Origin: Candidatus Latescibacterota bacterium
Lineage (GTDB): Bacteria > Latescibacterota > UBA2968 > GCA-2709665
Direction of reading: 5' to 3'
Length of the DNA: 64,000 bases
NCBI GenBank assembly: GCA_965203805.1
Contig: OZ241917.1
Span: 2,304,001 to 2,368,000, forward strand
The translations under genes were made by a program, and so were the position numbers. This document shows positions 48,277 to 59,830 of this stretch, in pieces; position 1 is the first letter of the stretch; every line of letters begins with the position of its first letter. The notes under the pieces were generated by a model. That model was not told where the DNA came from and did no database searches. It saw nothing but the letters and a program-made list of their open reading frames with translations.

Positions 48277-49725
48277 TTACGCGACGAGGCCGGCGAGTTC
48301 CTTTTCGTATTCGGTGATCTGACGCAGGTTCTCAATGAACCACGGGTCGATTCCAGTCAGTTCGTAGAGCTCGGCCAGGGGCCAGCCCGCTTCCAGCGCG
48401 GCTTTGAGATAGAAGATTCTCTGGGAATTGGGCACTCTCAGCCGGTGCTCGACCACGGCGCGGTCCAGGGCCGGAACGGCCAGATCCTTGCCGTCGGCCC
48501 CGAATCCCCCGCGGCCGATTTCCAGGGACCGCAATCCCTTCTGAAACGCCTCTTTGAACGTCCGCCCGATGGCCATCGTTTCACCGACGGATTTCATCTG
48601 AGTACCGAGGAGGTCTTCGGTCTGCGGAAACTTTTCGAAGGTCCAGCGCGGGATCTTGACCACGCAGTAGTCTATTGTCGGCTCGAAAGAGGCGGGGGTT
48701 TCCCGCGTGATGTCGTTCCGGATTTCGTCCAGTGTGTATCCCACGGCGAGTTTGGCCGCGATCTTCGCAATTGGAAACCCGGTGGCTTTCGAAGCCAATG
48801 CGGAACTCCGGGAGACCCTTGGGTTCATCTCGATGATGACGATACGTCCGTCCCGCGGATTCAGTGCGAACTGAATATTGGACCCGCCCGTCTCCACACC
48901 GATTTCCCGAATAACGGCGATAGATGCGTCGCGCATGGCCTGGTACTCTTTGTCGGTCAGGGTCTGCGCGGGCGCCACCGTAATGGAATCGCCGGTATGA
49001 ATTCCCATGGGGTCGAAATTCTCGATCGAACAGATAATAACCACGTTGTCTTTCAGATCGCGCATGACTTCCAGTTCGAACTCTTTCCACCCGATGATGG
49101 ATTCTTCGACCAGGATTTCGGTGGTGGGCGAAAGCTCCAGTCCGCGAACCGCGAGGTGTTCGTATTCTTCCGCATTATAGGCCGTGCCGCCGCCGGTGCC
49201 TCCGAGCGTGTAAGAAGGACGGATGATGGCGGGATAGCCTATTTCCGCAATCACGTCGCGGGCCTCTTCCGCGCTGCGGGCAAACCTCCCCTTCGGAAAC
49301 TCGACGCCGATCCCGGCCATCGCAGCCTGGAATCGCTCCCTGTTTTCGGCCTTTTCGATGGCTTCGGCATTCGCGCCGATCATCTCTACATTGAATTTCT
49401 CCAGAATTCCCCCGTTGTAGAGATCCATGGCCACATTCAGGCCGGTCTGCCCGCCAAGCGTTGGAAGAAGCGCGTCCGGGCGCTCACGTTCGATAATGGC
49501 GGCACACACCTCCGGCGCAACCGGTTCCACGTAGGTCCGATCCGCCATTTCCGGATCGGTCATGATCGTGGCCGGATTGCTGTTCAACAGAACGACCGTG
49601 TATCCCTCTTCCTTGAGGGCTTTGCACGCCTGAGCGCCGGAATAGTCGAACTCACACGCCTGGCCGATGACGATCGGCCCGGAACCGATGAGCATGATTT
49701 TCCGGATGTCGTTACGCCTGGGCAT
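48277..49725 (-). CDS. carB: Carbamoyl-phosphate synthase large subunit, N-terminal section
   Basis: [35 protein letters not shown]; ends after IDPWF with TAA. Confidence 0.9.
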   Translation of the reverse strand: MPRRNDIRKIMLIGSGPIVIGQACEFDYSGAQACKALKEEGYTVVLLNSNPATIMTDPEMADRTYVEPVAPEVCAAIIERERPDALLPTLGGQTGLNVAMDLYNGGILEKFNVEMIGANAEAIEKAENRERFQAAMAGIGVEFPKGRFARSAEEARDVIAEIGYPAIIRPSYTLGGTGGGTAYNAEEYEHLAVRGLELSPTTEILVEESIIGWKEFELEVMRDLKDNVVIICSIENFDPMGIHTGDSITVAPAQTLTDKEYQAMRDASIAVIREIGVETGGSNIQFALNPRDGRIVIIEMNPRVSRSSALASKATGFPIAKIAAKLAVGYTLDEIRNDITRETPASFEPTIDYCVVKIPRWTFEKFPQTEDLLGTQMKSVGETMAIGRTFKEAFQKGLRSLEIGRGGFGADGKDLAVPALDRAVVEHRLRVPNSQRIFYLKAALEAGWPLAELYELTGIDPWFIENLRQITEYEKELAGLVA

Positions 49726-49817
49726 ATCCGCATCCTGCCCTTAAAAAAAATACCTGCGGCCGTCCTTGAAAACGGAGGATGATCGCAGGTAACGTGGGAC
49801 CGGTTGGTTGTACGCGT

Positions 49818-50345
49818 CTAGACATTTTGCAACAGAACCAGGTAGATAAGCAGAAGGATCAGGAGAAGCGTAACGGCAAAGCAGGTTTTCAGGAAGAGAT
49901 CCTTCGCCCTGTTCCGGGGCGGGTTTTCGCCGATGGGCAGCGGCGAGGCGGCGGGTTCAGGCATCGACCCCGAAAACCGCTCCTGTTCGATGAGCTGCTC
50001 CAGTTTCGGATCGCACTCCCGGATGACACGGAGGATCAGGCGCTTGTTGCGGGCCGCACGTTCGGCGTAACGCCCCCGGTGCGACGTGCGGGTTTCCGAA
50101 TTGGGGATGAGAAGGTCCGTGTCTTCCCGGGATCCCGAAGCGTCTTCGACCAGGCTGAGCGCCCGCGCTCTGGCCAGTTGTTCCGTGAGTCTGCGGGTCT
50201 GTTTCCTGTCGTGGACGTTCTCCCGGATCACCCTGCCGCAGATGCTCACGAAGCGCTCCATATCCGCCTTGATTTCGCCTTCCGTGAGACCGGCGAGATA
50301 GGATTCTTCGATCATTTCGTCGATGCTGTCGCGAATGTCCGGCAT
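49818..50345 (-). CDS. Hypothetical protein with C-terminal membrane anchor
   Basis: Fills the nnr-carB gap; hydrophobic C-terminus FAVTLLLILLLIYLVLL. Confidence 0.65.
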   Translation of the reverse strand: MPDIRDSIDEMIEESYLAGLTEGEIKADMERFVSICGRVIRENVHDRKQTRRLTEQLARARALSLVEDASGSREDTDLLIPNSETRTSHRGRYAERAARNKRLILRVIRECDPKLEQLIEQERFSGSMPEPAASPLPIGENPPRNRAKDLFLKTCFAVTLLLILLLIYLVLLQNV

Positions 50346-50356
50346 TCGTCTGATTC

Positions 50357-51964
50357 TCAGTTTGGCGTGTGAAATCGTATGTACCGGTTCCGGTCTTCGC
50401 CTGTTTCGATCACACGGCGTGCGCCAGGAAGCGCCGAAGCGATGTCGCCCGCGATCAGCCCGGCCTCGCCAGCGCGTTCCGCGCACAGGTCTCCGGCCAA
50501 TCCATGGAGGTAGACGCCCAGGCACCCCGCCGTTTCGGGGTCCGCGCCCTGCGCGATCAGGGCTGCGAGTATGCCGGTGAGCACGTCTCCGGAGCCGCCC
50601 GATGCCATGCCGGCGTTGCCGCTGGGATTGACGTACGTGCGGCCGTTTGGCACGGCGACGACGGTTGGGGCGCCTTTAAGGATTACAGTGACGCCGGCCG
50701 CTCGAGCCAGCGTCTGCGCCGAACCGATGGGATCGGAACGCGTGGCGTCGTTGCCAAGACCGGTGAGTCGGGTGAATTCACCCGGGTGTGGCGTGACGAC
50801 GGTTGGCGCAGCCCGATTTTCGAGAATTTCCGGTGCTCCGGCGAGCGCGTTTATGCCGTCGGCGTCCAGGACGAGCGGCGCCTGGATATCCTCAATGATC
50901 CGACGCACGAGTTGCACGGTTTCGCGATGGGTGCCAAGTCCCGGCCCGAGCGCGACACAGTCGGCCTCCGTAACCAGTCTCCGGATGTCACCGCGGGCAC
51001 GAAGGGCGAGGCAACGGCGATTTCGAACCTCGGGAAGCGGATGGGTCATCGCTTCCGTGAGCTTGACCTCGAGAATATCGTTCAGGCTCTCGGGAACGCC
51101 CACCCGAACCAGACCGGCGCCGCTCCTGAGCGCCCCCTGCGCCGAAAGCGCCGCCGCACCTGTGAGACCCGAAGAACCCGCCAGAATGACGACGCGGCCG
51201 CAGTCCCCCTTGTGGGCGTCGGGCCGTCTTCGGGGCAGCAGGGGCGCGCCCCCGTACGCGGCGATGAGCCGGACGTTGACGCTGTCCGCGTTAATGGCCG
51301 CCTTCGGCAGACCGATATCCGCGCAATGAAGGATTCCGCAGAGGGACCGGCCCGGATAGCGGAACTGTCCGATCTTGGGCAATCCGAAAGTCACCGTGCG
51401 GGTTGCCGCGGCGCAGGGCCCGTCGACACGTCCGGTGTCGGCGTCCAGGCCGGACGGGACGTCGACGGCCAGGACCCGACAGGCTGCATCCCGCAGCGTT
51501 TCGATTGCGCCCGCAACGACCCCGCGGGGGCCGCCGCGAATTCCCGTTCCGAGCAGGGCGTCTACGGCCGCGGACGCGCCGGAAAGCGCGGACCGGATTC
51601 TTTCAAGGTCGTTAGATCCGAGAATTTCGTCGAATTCAAGGCCGTTTTTCCGGGCCCTGTCCAGGTGGTGGCGCGCGTCGCCCCCAACCTGGTCTTCAGC
51701 CGCCAGCAGAAAAGCGGAAACCGACGCACCGGCGGAAGCGGCGAGATCCGCGATAACGAACCCGTCCCCGCCGTTGTTGCCCTTCCCGCAGAGGACAACG
51801 ATCTTTTTTCCCGGAAAACCGCCGACGAGGTCGTTCAGCACCCGGGCGCCGCCACGACCCGCAGAAGCCATCAATTCGATGCCGGTAACCCCGCGCTCGA
51901 CGGCTCCGCGGTCGATGCGAGCCATCTGCGCGCCGGTTACGAGCCTGGCATGGACCTGGGGCAC
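50357..51964 (-). CDS. nnr: Bifunctional NAD(P)H-hydrate epimerase/dehydratase
   Basis: CGKGNNGGDG, DALLGTG, DVPSG, HKGDCG, GPGLG, DADG, TPHPGE, GGSGDVL. GTG start with gaggag RBS. Confidence 0.95.
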   Translation of the reverse strand: MPQVHARLVTGAQMARIDRGAVERGVTGIELMASAGRGGARVLNDLVGGFPGKKIVVLCGKGNNGGDGFVIADLAASAGASVSAFLLAAEDQVGGDARHHLDRARKNGLEFDEILGSNDLERIRSALSGASAAVDALLGTGIRGGPRGVVAGAIETLRDAACRVLAVDVPSGLDADTGRVDGPCAAATRTVTFGLPKIGQFRYPGRSLCGILHCADIGLPKAAINADSVNVRLIAAYGGAPLLPRRRPDAHKGDCGRVVILAGSSGLTGAAALSAQGALRSGAGLVRVGVPESLNDILEVKLTEAMTHPLPEVRNRRCLALRARGDIRRLVTEADCVALGPGLGTHRETVQLVRRIIEDIQAPLVLDADGINALAGAPEILENRAAPTVVTPHPGEFTRLTGLGNDATRSDPIGSAQTLARAAGVTVILKGAPTVVAVPNGRTYVNPSGNAGMASGGSGDVLTGILAALIAQGADPETAGCLGVYLHGLAGDLCAERAGEAGLIAGDIASALPGARRVIETGEDRNRYIRFHTPN

Positions 51965-52263
51965 CGGGTCTCCTCGAAGGGGCTCATTATGGCAGGAAAA
52001 ATCAATGAAAACGGACGTTGATTCCATGCCAATTCCGAACGCCTCAAACTTGCCTAATAATACAGGAATCGGAAGGGCGGCGCAACCCCAAACTTGCATC
52101 GCTGAAGCCGGCAAAGACGAACGATCCGAGGCGCCGAAAACCGCGACGTCCGGACGGTGGGGCGCGACCCGTTTCGAGAGACAAAGCGCTTGACAGACAG
52201 CACCCGATTTCTGTTATTTTTCCCGAGGATCGCCGCAGATTTCAGGCCCGCCTCCATAGCGAC

Positions 52264-52352
52264 GGTGGGGTGACGGAGTGGTCGAACGTGGCGGTCTTGA
52301 AAACCGTTGATCCTTACCGGATCCGTGGGTTCGAATCCCACCCCCACCGCCA
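52264..52352 (+). tRNA. tRNA-Ser(TGA)
   Basis: Cloverleaf with long variable arm, anticodon loop CTTGAAA, GGTTCGAATCC, encoded CCA. Confidence 0.95.
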
Positions 52353-52492
52353 GAAACCGGCCTGGTTCCGGTGTCGCCCATCGGCGAAGTACCGCGGTAA
52401 ACGGCGCGTTGCAGTTGACGCCGCGCTGCCGGTTTTTCCTTGATTTTGCAGTCGTGTTTTGGTAGTATTAGACTCCCTTGAATCTGTGATCC

Positions 52493-52585
<93 letters not shown>

Positions 52586-52664
52586 AAAAACAAGCGCACG
52601 CCGGTCCCCGGCCTCCCAACTGTCAGCAGTCAGCCGACAGCCAATACGATACGTTAGATTCTTA

Positions 52665-54104
52665 ATGTCTGAATCGGTATTGCGATTTGCGCCGTCACCC
52701 ACGGGCGGGTTTCACGTGGGCAACGCCCGGACGGCGCTGTTCAATTATCTCTACATCCGGAAATACGGCGGCCGGCTGCATCTGCGTATTGAAGACACGG
52801 ATCGCGACCGGTCCACCGACGCCGCGCTGAAGACCATCCTGGAAGGACTGGACTGGCTGGGGATTGCTTTCCACGGCCGGCCTGCTTTTCAGTCGCGCAA
52901 CGCCGTTGCGCACGGCACAGCGGTGGATCGGCTCCTCGAAAACGGTCACGCGTATTACGCCTACGAGACCCCGGAAGAGGTCCGCGCCATGCAGCAGCGG
53001 GCGCAGTCGGAGGGCAGGCGGGTCCGATACAACCGGGACGTCACACCCGAACAGTGTGCGGCCTTCGAGGCCGAGGGGCGGCCAAAAACGGTGCGCTTCA
53101 AGGTTCCTGAAGGAGAAACGGTCTGGCGGGATCCCATCAGGGGCGTGCAGCGATGGGACAACCGGGAGGTTGAAGACTTCATCGTCCTGCGGGCGGACGG
53201 GTCCCCCATCTACCATCTCGCCGTGGTTGTCGACGATCATGACCTGGGCGTGACGCTGGTGATCCGTGGCGCCGAACACCTGTCCAATACGCCGAAGCAG
53301 GCGATGCTCTTTCAGGCGCTGGGTTGGACTGCACCGGCATATGCGCATACCACGTTGCTCATGGGGCCGGACGGGAGGAAACTGAGCAAACGCCTGGGCG
53401 CAACGACCGTCACGGAATACCGGCAGCAGGGCATCCTGCCCGAAGCGTTGTTCAACTTTCTGGCGCTTCAGGGCTGGTCGCCGGGTGACGACCGGGAGGT
53501 ATTCACCCGGGAGGAACTGGTTGAAGCGTTCTCCGTTGAGGGCCTGCTCAGCAAGAACGCGGTGTTCGACGAGCGGAAGCTCGTCTGGCTGAACGGCGAA
53601 CACCTGCGGTTGAGACCGGTCCCCGAACTCCTGCAGGCGGCGACACGCCTGTGGCTCGATGCGGAATGGATAACGGCGGAAGACGCGGAGACCCGGAGAG
53701 AGAGCCTGCTGAAGGCCGTGAAACTGATGCAGCCTCGCATCCGGACCGTACGGGATTTCCTGAACTACGAGTACTTTTTCAACGATCCGGAAACGTACGA
53801 GAACAGGGCCCGAAAGAAACACTGGAAGGCGGACAGTCCCTCCCGTCTGGAAATGCTGATCGAGCGGCTGGAAGCGCTGGACGACTTCGGCGAGCGGGAA
53901 ATCGAAGGCGCCACGCGCACGCTGTCCGGGCAACTGGGTATCTCCACCGGAAAGCTGATCCACCCCACCCGCCTCGCGCTCAGCGGCACCAACGTCGGTC
54001 CGGGACTGTTCGAAATGATGGCTGTTCTGGGGCAGGAAACCTGCATCCGACGGATGAAGACGGGCCTGGAAAGACTGGGACGAAAGGAGACCGTTCCGCA
54101 ATAG
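52665..54104 (+). CDS. gltX: Glutamate--tRNA ligase
   Basis: RFAPSPTG.FHVGN, RIEDTD, VVDDH, KLSKR, plus anticodon-binding domain. Confidence 0.95.
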   Translation: MSESVLRFAPSPTGGFHVGNARTALFNYLYIRKYGGRLHLRIEDTDRDRSTDAALKTILEGLDWLGIAFHGRPAFQSRNAVAHGTAVDRLLENGHAYYAYETPEEVRAMQQRAQSEGRRVRYNRDVTPEQCAAFEAEGRPKTVRFKVPEGETVWRDPIRGVQRWDNREVEDFIVLRADGSPIYHLAVVVDDHDLGVTLVIRGAEHLSNTPKQAMLFQALGWTAPAYAHTTLLMGPDGRKLSKRLGATTVTEYRQQGILPEALFNFLALQGWSPGDDREVFTREELVEAFSVEGLLSKNAVFDERKLVWLNGEHLRLRPVPELLQAATRLWLDAEWITAEDAETRRESLLKAVKLMQPRIRTVRDFLNYEYFFNDPETYENRARKKHWKADSPSRLEMLIERLEALDDFGEREIEGATRTLSGQLGISTGKLIHPTRLALSGTNVGPGLFEMMAVLGQETCIRRMKTGLERLGRKETVPQ

Positions 54105-54131
54105 ACTGACCATACGTTCAACGGATATGGC

Positions 54132-54205
54132 TGCCCCCTCGTCTAATGGCAAGACATGCGGCTCTGGACCGTAGTATCGGGGTTCGAATCCCTGGGGGGC
54201 AGCCA
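54132..54205 (+). tRNA. tRNA-Gln(CTG)
   Basis: TGCCCCC/GGGGGCA acceptor stem, anticodon loop CTCTGGA, encoded CCA. Confidence 0.95.
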
Positions 54206-54322
54206 AATTTTCGTCTTTAACGGCGACAGGTGCTTTGAATATCATTCCCTCCCGCAAGGAAAAATGAAAAAATCGGGAATCAAATTACGATAGCTTAGAC
54301 CTGTATATTTGATGGTCATGGA

Positions 54323-55270
54323 ATGAACATACCCTTCGCGCAGGCCCTCGAGGTTGGCGATTTTTGCGCGATTCGGCGCGCGCCGAAAGCCGACTTCCAC
54401 CGTCACGCCTTCTTCGGAACACGAATCGAGAATGTGGAGCGCTGGCTCGGTTACCCGCTGGAACGGCCGGCTTTTCCCATGCCCGGCCTTAAGGCCATGG
54501 ATGACTACGCCGCCAGAGTCCTGGGCCCCCACATCAGTTCGCGAGAGGCCTTTGAATTTACGGCGGCGGCGGCGATCGGCGACGCGATTGAAGACGGCGT
54601 CCGATGCCTTGAGATGAGCTTCGACGTGCGGTCTGCCAGTCACTTCGAGGGCGGTTTCGCGGAATTCGCGACCACCATCCAGAACTTGACGGAGCGATTT
54701 CGCGACCGGATCGATCTCAGGCCGGAGCTCGGCATCCCGCGTGAGATTGTCGGTGACAGGGAGATGGTCCGTCGCATCCACGCGGGAATCGAGTCCGGCG
54801 TCTTCCAGTCGATCGACCTCTATGCCGACGAAAACGCGTGTTCTGTCGACGCCGTGATTCCCATCTACAGAAATGCAAGTTCAGGCGGAATGAAATTGAA
54901 GGCGCACGTTGGCGAATTTGGCGGGGCCGAACGCGTACGGGAGACGACGGAAGTCCTGGAACTGGACGAGATACAACACGGCATCGCGGCTGCTGAATCG
55001 CCCGGGGTGATGCAATGGCTGTCAGAAAACCGGATTCGCCTTCACGTCTGTCCGTCCAGCAACGTCATGCTGGGCGCCGTGGACTCGCTCCCGTCGCATC
55101 CGATTCGCGTACTCTTCGATCATGGCGTGGAAGTGACCGTGAATACAGACGACCCGATGATCTTCGGGCAGAGCGTCTCGCAGGAGTACATGAATCTGTT
55201 CGAAGCCGGTGTCTTCAGTGCCGACGAACTGAACGAGATTCGAGCCACGTCTCTCGCCACACGATCCTGA
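54323..55270 (+). CDS. Adenosine deaminase family protein
   Basis: PKADFHRH, AHVGE, IQHG, CPSSN, NTDDP. Confidence 0.88.
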   Translation: MNIPFAQALEVGDFCAIRRAPKADFHRHAFFGTRIENVERWLGYPLERPAFPMPGLKAMDDYAARVLGPHISSREAFEFTAAAAIGDAIEDGVRCLEMSFDVRSASHFEGGFAEFATTIQNLTERFRDRIDLRPELGIPREIVGDREMVRRIHAGIESGVFQSIDLYADENACSVDAVIPIYRNASSGGMKLKAHVGEFGGAERVRETTEVLELDEIQHGIAAAESPGVMQWLSENRIRLHVCPSSNVMLGAVDSLPSHPIRVLFDHGVEVTVNTDDPMIFGQSVSQEYMNLFEAGVFSADELNEIRATSLATRS

Positions 55271-55383
55271 CGGGTTACCATCGGGTTTACGCAAGCGGAC
55301 ACGCCTTCATCCCGTCAAAGGCCGGCATTGCCTGCGTAACACAGACTGCGGTGGCAGCGGGGTCGGAAAAACGGAGACAAACA

Positions 55384-56388
55384 ATGCGTGAAATCGTGAT
55401 GTTCGGCGGCACGGCGCATCCGGAACTGGCGGAGAACATCTGCAGCCACCTCGGCGTCGCCCGTAGCCGCAGCACGCTGAATCAGTTCAGCAACGGATGC
55501 TTCCAGGTGCAACTCGAGGCCAACTGCCGGGAGGCCGACGTCTTTTTCATACAACCGATGGTGATGCCGGTTCACGACCATCTGATGGAACTGTTGCAGA
55601 TGCTTGACGCCGCCAGGGGCGCATCGGCGGCGCGTACGACGGCGGTGATACCCTATTTCGGCTATGCGCGTTCGGACAAGAAGGACGCGCCCCGGATCTC
55701 AATTGCGGCCCGGCTCGTCGCGGACCTGCTTTGCACGGCCGGCGCCAGCCGCGTGCTCACCATGACGCTGCACGCGGCCCAGGTGCACGGCTTCTTCAGC
55801 GTACCCGTGGACCACCTCAACGCGCTCCACATTTTAGCCGGCCACTTTCAGGGCCGCGACCTTGAGAATACCGTGGTGGTATCGCCTGACCTTGGCCGGG
55901 CTAAAGAAGCCGCCCACTTCGCCAGGATGCTGGGGCTGCCCGTGGCCGCGGGCAGCAAGCGCCGGATCAGCGACCGGGAGGTCGTTATCGATGCGATTGT
56001 AGGTGACGTCAACGGCAAACGCGTGATCGTCCTGGACGATGAGATCGCCACCGGCGGTACGATTGTCGAATTGATCCGCCGTCTACGCGAGCGGAGAGTT
56101 AACCAGATCACCATCACCTGCACACACGGACTCTTTTCGAGCAATGACCTCGAGCGGTTCTGCGCATTGGACGAAGTCCGGGAGGTCGTGACGACGGATA
56201 CGGTGCCCCGGTCCGCGGCAATTCAGTCGCACGAGAAACTGACGACTTTGTCCGTGGCGCCCCTGCTTGCCGAAGCCATTCGCAGAATTCACAACGGCGA
56301 ATCGGTCAGCAGCCTGTTCACGGCGCCGGAGTGGATCGGGGAGAAGGAAGAACAAAAAAGGAAGAAGGAAAAACTGACTGAGGGCTGA
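55384..56388 (+). CDS. prs: Ribose-phosphate pyrophosphokinase
   Basis: PYFGYARSDKK, LHAAQVHGFF, VSPDLG, DDEIATGGT. Confidence 0.93.
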   Translation: MREIVMFGGTAHPELAENICSHLGVARSRSTLNQFSNGCFQVQLEANCREADVFFIQPMVMPVHDHLMELLQMLDAARGASAARTTAVIPYFGYARSDKKDAPRISIAARLVADLLCTAGASRVLTMTLHAAQVHGFFSVPVDHLNALHILAGHFQGRDLENTVVVSPDLGRAKEAAHFARMLGLPVAAGSKRRISDREVVIDAIVGDVNGKRVIVLDDEIATGGTIVELIRRLRERRVNQITITCTHGLFSSNDLERFCALDEVREVVTTDTVPRSAAIQSHEKLTTLSVAPLLAEAIRRIHNGESVSSLFTAPEWIGEKEEQKRKKEKLTEG

Positions 56389-56415
56389 CTGCTGAAAACT
56401 GACCGCTGATAGCTG
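56371..56415. repeat. Degenerate heptamer tandem repeat (GCTGAnn); similar tracts at ~52620-52643 and 63099-63123
   Basis: gctgact gctgaaa actgacc gctgata gctg; cagttat cagcttt cagccat cagc. Confidence 0.5.
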
Positions 56416-56595
56416 TTTTCCCATTGAAAACTTGCCCCGAAACGCCGTGATTGATATATTGTCCTCGCGTTGTTATCCCCTTTGCCTGCTTTGCGCGATC
56501 CCCCGTGCCATTCCGGTTATTTCCGTACGTGCGGACAATCCCGGCCGCGCCCATTTATCGGATGCGGCCCAATTCATTCGTGTGAGGTATTTGCG

Positions 56596-58323
56596 ATGAC
56601 TGACGCCGATGTCAGCCGGGCCGGCGTTGAAGCAGAAGCCCCCTCCGATTTTATCCGAGACGCGATTCGCGAGGACCTCGCCGCCGGCCGGTACGAGGCC
56701 GTGATGACGCGCTTTCCTCCCGAGCCGAACGGGCATCTTCACATCGGCCACGCCAAGGCGATCTGTCTGAATTTCTGGGTTGCCGAGGAATTCGGCGGCG
56801 TCTGCAATCTCCGCTTTGACGATACCGACCCCACCAAGGAAGAGGCCAGTTATGTCGACGGCATCCAACGGGATATCCGGTGGCTGGGGTTTGACTGGGA
56901 GGACCGGCTCTATTTTGCCTCCGACTATTTTGAGCAACTCTACGAACTCGCCGTCAAACTGATCGAAAAGGGCAAAGCCTATGTGTGTGATTTGAGCACG
57001 GAAGAGACCCGGACATACCGGGGCACGGTGACCTCGCCGGGAAGAAAAAGCCCCTATCGAGACCGGTCCATCGAAGAGAACCTGGACCTGTTTGCGCGGA
57101 TGCGGGCCGGTGAATTTCCCGATGGCGCACGAACACTCAGGGCGAAGATCGATATGGCATCGCCTAACATGAACATGCGCGATCCTGTGATGTTTCGCAT
57201 CCTCCGGGCGTCTCACTACCGCCGGAACGATGCGTGGTGCATCTATCCGACGTACGATTTTACCCACGGGCAGTCGGACTCGATCGAGGGGGTTTCGCAT
57301 TCCCTGTGTTCGCAGGAATTCGAAGACCACCGCCCGCTTTATGACTGGTATATCCGCGAACTCGGGATTTTCCCTTCGCGGCAGATTGAATTCCCAAAGC
57401 TGTTTGTCACGCATACGGTGGTGGGAAAACGACACCTGCGTCCGTTGATCGAAAACGGGCTGCTTGCCGGATGGGACGATCCCAGGCTGATCACGCTGGC
57501 GGGATTGCGCCGCAGGGGCGTGCCTCCGGAAGCAATTCGGAATTTCATCCGCCGCGTGGGAATGTCCAAACGGGATACAACCGCGGAGATCGACCTCCTG
57601 GAGTTTCATATCCGGTCGCACCTGAATCGACACACGCCCCGCGTGATGGGGGTGATCGATCCGCTGAAGGTGGTGATCGAGAACTACCCGGAGGGCAAGG
57701 AGGAAGCGTTCCCCGCACAGGTGAATCCCGAGGATCCTTCCGCCGGTACGCGCAGCGTGCCGTTTGCCAGGGTGGTCTACATCGAGCGGGACGACTTCAT
57801 GGAGGATCCGCCACGCAGGTTCCGCCGGCTGGCGCCGGGGCGGGAGGTGCGGCTGCGGGCGGCGTGTTATATCACCTGCACGGACGTGATAAAGGACGAA
57901 AACGGAGAGATTGTGGAACTGCGGTGTACGTTCGACCCGGAAAGCCGGGGCGGGTCGACGCCGGACGGCCGAAAGGTCCGGGGCACCATCCACTGGGTGT
58001 CCGCCGCGCACGCGGTTGAGGCGGAGGTGCGCCTGTACGATCGCCTGTTCAACGCCGAGAATCCGATGGACGCGGCCGGAGGCGGGGACATCGGCGAAAC
58101 GGTGAACCCGAACTCCCTGGAGGTACGGCGGAGCTGCTTTCTGGAATCCACGGTCAAGGGGGCTGAACCCGGTCGCCGATATCAGTTCGAACGGTTGGGA
58201 TACTTCTGCGTGGACCCCGACTCGACGCCCGAAAAGCCTGTCTTCAACCGGACGATTACCCTGCGCGATACCTGGGCAAGGATGCAGAAGGGAGAATCCG
58301 GCAACGCCCGCCGGGGAGGCTGA
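56596..58323 (+). CDS. glnS: Glutamine--tRNA ligase
   Basis: [48 protein letters not shown]. Confidence 0.93.
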   Translation: MTDADVSRAGVEAEAPSDFIRDAIREDLAAGRYEAVMTRFPPEPNGHLHIGHAKAICLNFWVAEEFGGVCNLRFDDTDPTKEEASYVDGIQRDIRWLGFDWEDRLYFASDYFEQLYELAVKLIEKGKAYVCDLSTEETRTYRGTVTSPGRKSPYRDRSIEENLDLFARMRAGEFPDGARTLRAKIDMASPNMNMRDPVMFRILRASHYRRNDAWCIYPTYDFTHGQSDSIEGVSHSLCSQEFEDHRPLYDWYIRELGIFPSRQIEFPKLFVTHTVVGKRHLRPLIENGLLAGWDDPRLITLAGLRRRGVPPEAIRNFIRRVGMSKRDTTAEIDLLEFHIRSHLNRHTPRVMGVIDPLKVVIENYPEGKEEAFPAQVNPEDPSAGTRSVPFARVVYIERDDFMEDPPRRFRRLAPGREVRLRAACYITCTDVIKDENGEIVELRCTFDPESRGGSTPDGRKVRGTIHWVSAAHAVEAEVRLYDRLFNAENPMDAAGGGDIGETVNPNSLEVRRSCFLESTVKGAEPGRRYQFERLGYFCVDPDSTPEKPVFNRTITLRDTWARMQKGESGNARRGG

Positions 58324-58816
58324 GGAGCCGTCGGACGGCCCCGGCGATAGGTACGGCTGAATCGACGGATATCGAGTACCAAACAACGACGCCCATACGG
58401 AAGACTGTATGGGCGTCGTTGTTTCAGGCATGGTCGGAGAACGGCAGAAATACTGCAACTTCATTGCCGGGGCGGCTCACCGTTCTTGTCGAAAGGCGGA
58501 GGCGTTAGGAATCGCGTTCCCCTTGCCGTTTCCTCGGCGATGCATTTTTCGACCTGCTGCCGCATTTCCTGACGGCCCTTTTCCAAGCCCTTTTTTTAGA
58601 TTTCTCGCCTTTACCCATTCGGTTATCGCGCCCATTGCGTCTATCGCCTTCACAAAAAAAAGGACCGGTTCTTGCTATACATTGACCGGCCTGGTTTACA
58701 AATCCTTCGATGATTTCCAACAGGACCTCACTTTTCAAGCGGTTTTTCCGATTGACAAGGCAAGTTTCTCAAGACGGAGTCCGGCAAAAGATGCCTATAT
58801 AGGCGTCAATGGGTGG

Positions 58817-59479
58817 CTAGTGGGCAAACCTCAGGCCAATGGCGATGGACATGGTTGCGATACCCATCTGACCAAGATGTGGATCGTGGTTGAGTTCGGC
58901 GATGTTGAGACGCAGTTCCGCGAATACTTCCGGAAATCTTACGGCAATCTCTGCGCCGAATCCCGCCACGCCCTGGAAAACTGGCCCGAACTCACGAATG
59001 GAATTTCCCTCGGTGGGTTTCTCCCATAGACCATAGATCCCTACCCCGGCACCAAGATATGGTACGACCTGAGATTCTGTTAGATAACGATACCGAATGA
59101 ATAACAGAACCGTCCTGAATATCCTCTCGAATTCTACCGCGTTCGCGTTAGCAGTGCGCGCTTCAGTGGACAAAAGCGCACCAGAGATCCGTTCTTTGTG
59201 AAAGTTGAAAGCGCCAAGTCCAACGTCTATGGGATATTCTCTGAAGAATAAGCTGCCGCCGAACACGACACCCGCCTGTGTATGGTCAAAGCTGATGTGC
59301 CCCGATGATCCAGAATGCGCCAGCCTCGGATCCCAATCGTTGTCGAGCCCACTGCTCTGGAATGACCGACTGTCACCCGGTATCCCGTATCCAATAGTGA
59401 AGCCGACACCCAATTCCTGACCGTACCCAGTACCCCGTGATATCACGAGAATAAACACCAAACCGATTGCGAAACGCAT
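58817..59479 (-). CDS. Outer-membrane beta-barrel protein (OmpA/OmpW-like membrane domain)
   Basis: Signal peptide, PYLGAGVG, terminal GLRF strand. Confidence 0.7.
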   Translation of the reverse strand: MRFAIGLVFILVISRGTGYGQELGVGFTIGYGIPGDSRSFQSSGLDNDWDPRLAHSGSSGHISFDHTQAGVVFGGSLFFREYPIDVGLGAFNFHKERISGALLSTEARTANANAVEFERIFRTVLLFIRYRYLTESQVVPYLGAGVGIYGLWEKPTEGNSIREFGPVFQGVAGFGAEIAVRFPEVFAELRLNIAELNHDPHLGQMGIATMSIAIGLRFAH

Positions 59480-59830
59480 CTGGTCCCTCCGTCTGACGGG
59501 AATCCCTCGGCGGTTACACTGCGCAAGATCCGGGCCATTAAGGATTACACTCTGGTCTTTTGTTCCAAGATACGAATAGGACTAAGATCTATATTCAATA
59601 TTATCAGTTATTTTTTCCAATTTGACGTAGCTGTTCATTCGCCGTCGATCGTCGCTTTATCCGGGTTCAAACGGCTATTTTCCGCCCGAACTGTGAATGC
59701 GACCCACGCGTGTGGTGATGGATCGACAGGCGCCCCGGTCGAAATACGAGTTGAAAATCCAAATCGATTCGCCTATTGTAAAACTGGAACGGCTGGACTT
59801 GCTCGCTATCGTCGGGTTCAAGGGAAGACG

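Noticed and set aside
58505-58618. Basic minus-strand ORF MGKGEKSKKRAWK... resembling ribosomal protein bTHX
   Set aside because: Similarity limited to MGKG; lacks the RGK...G..RP core and an RBS
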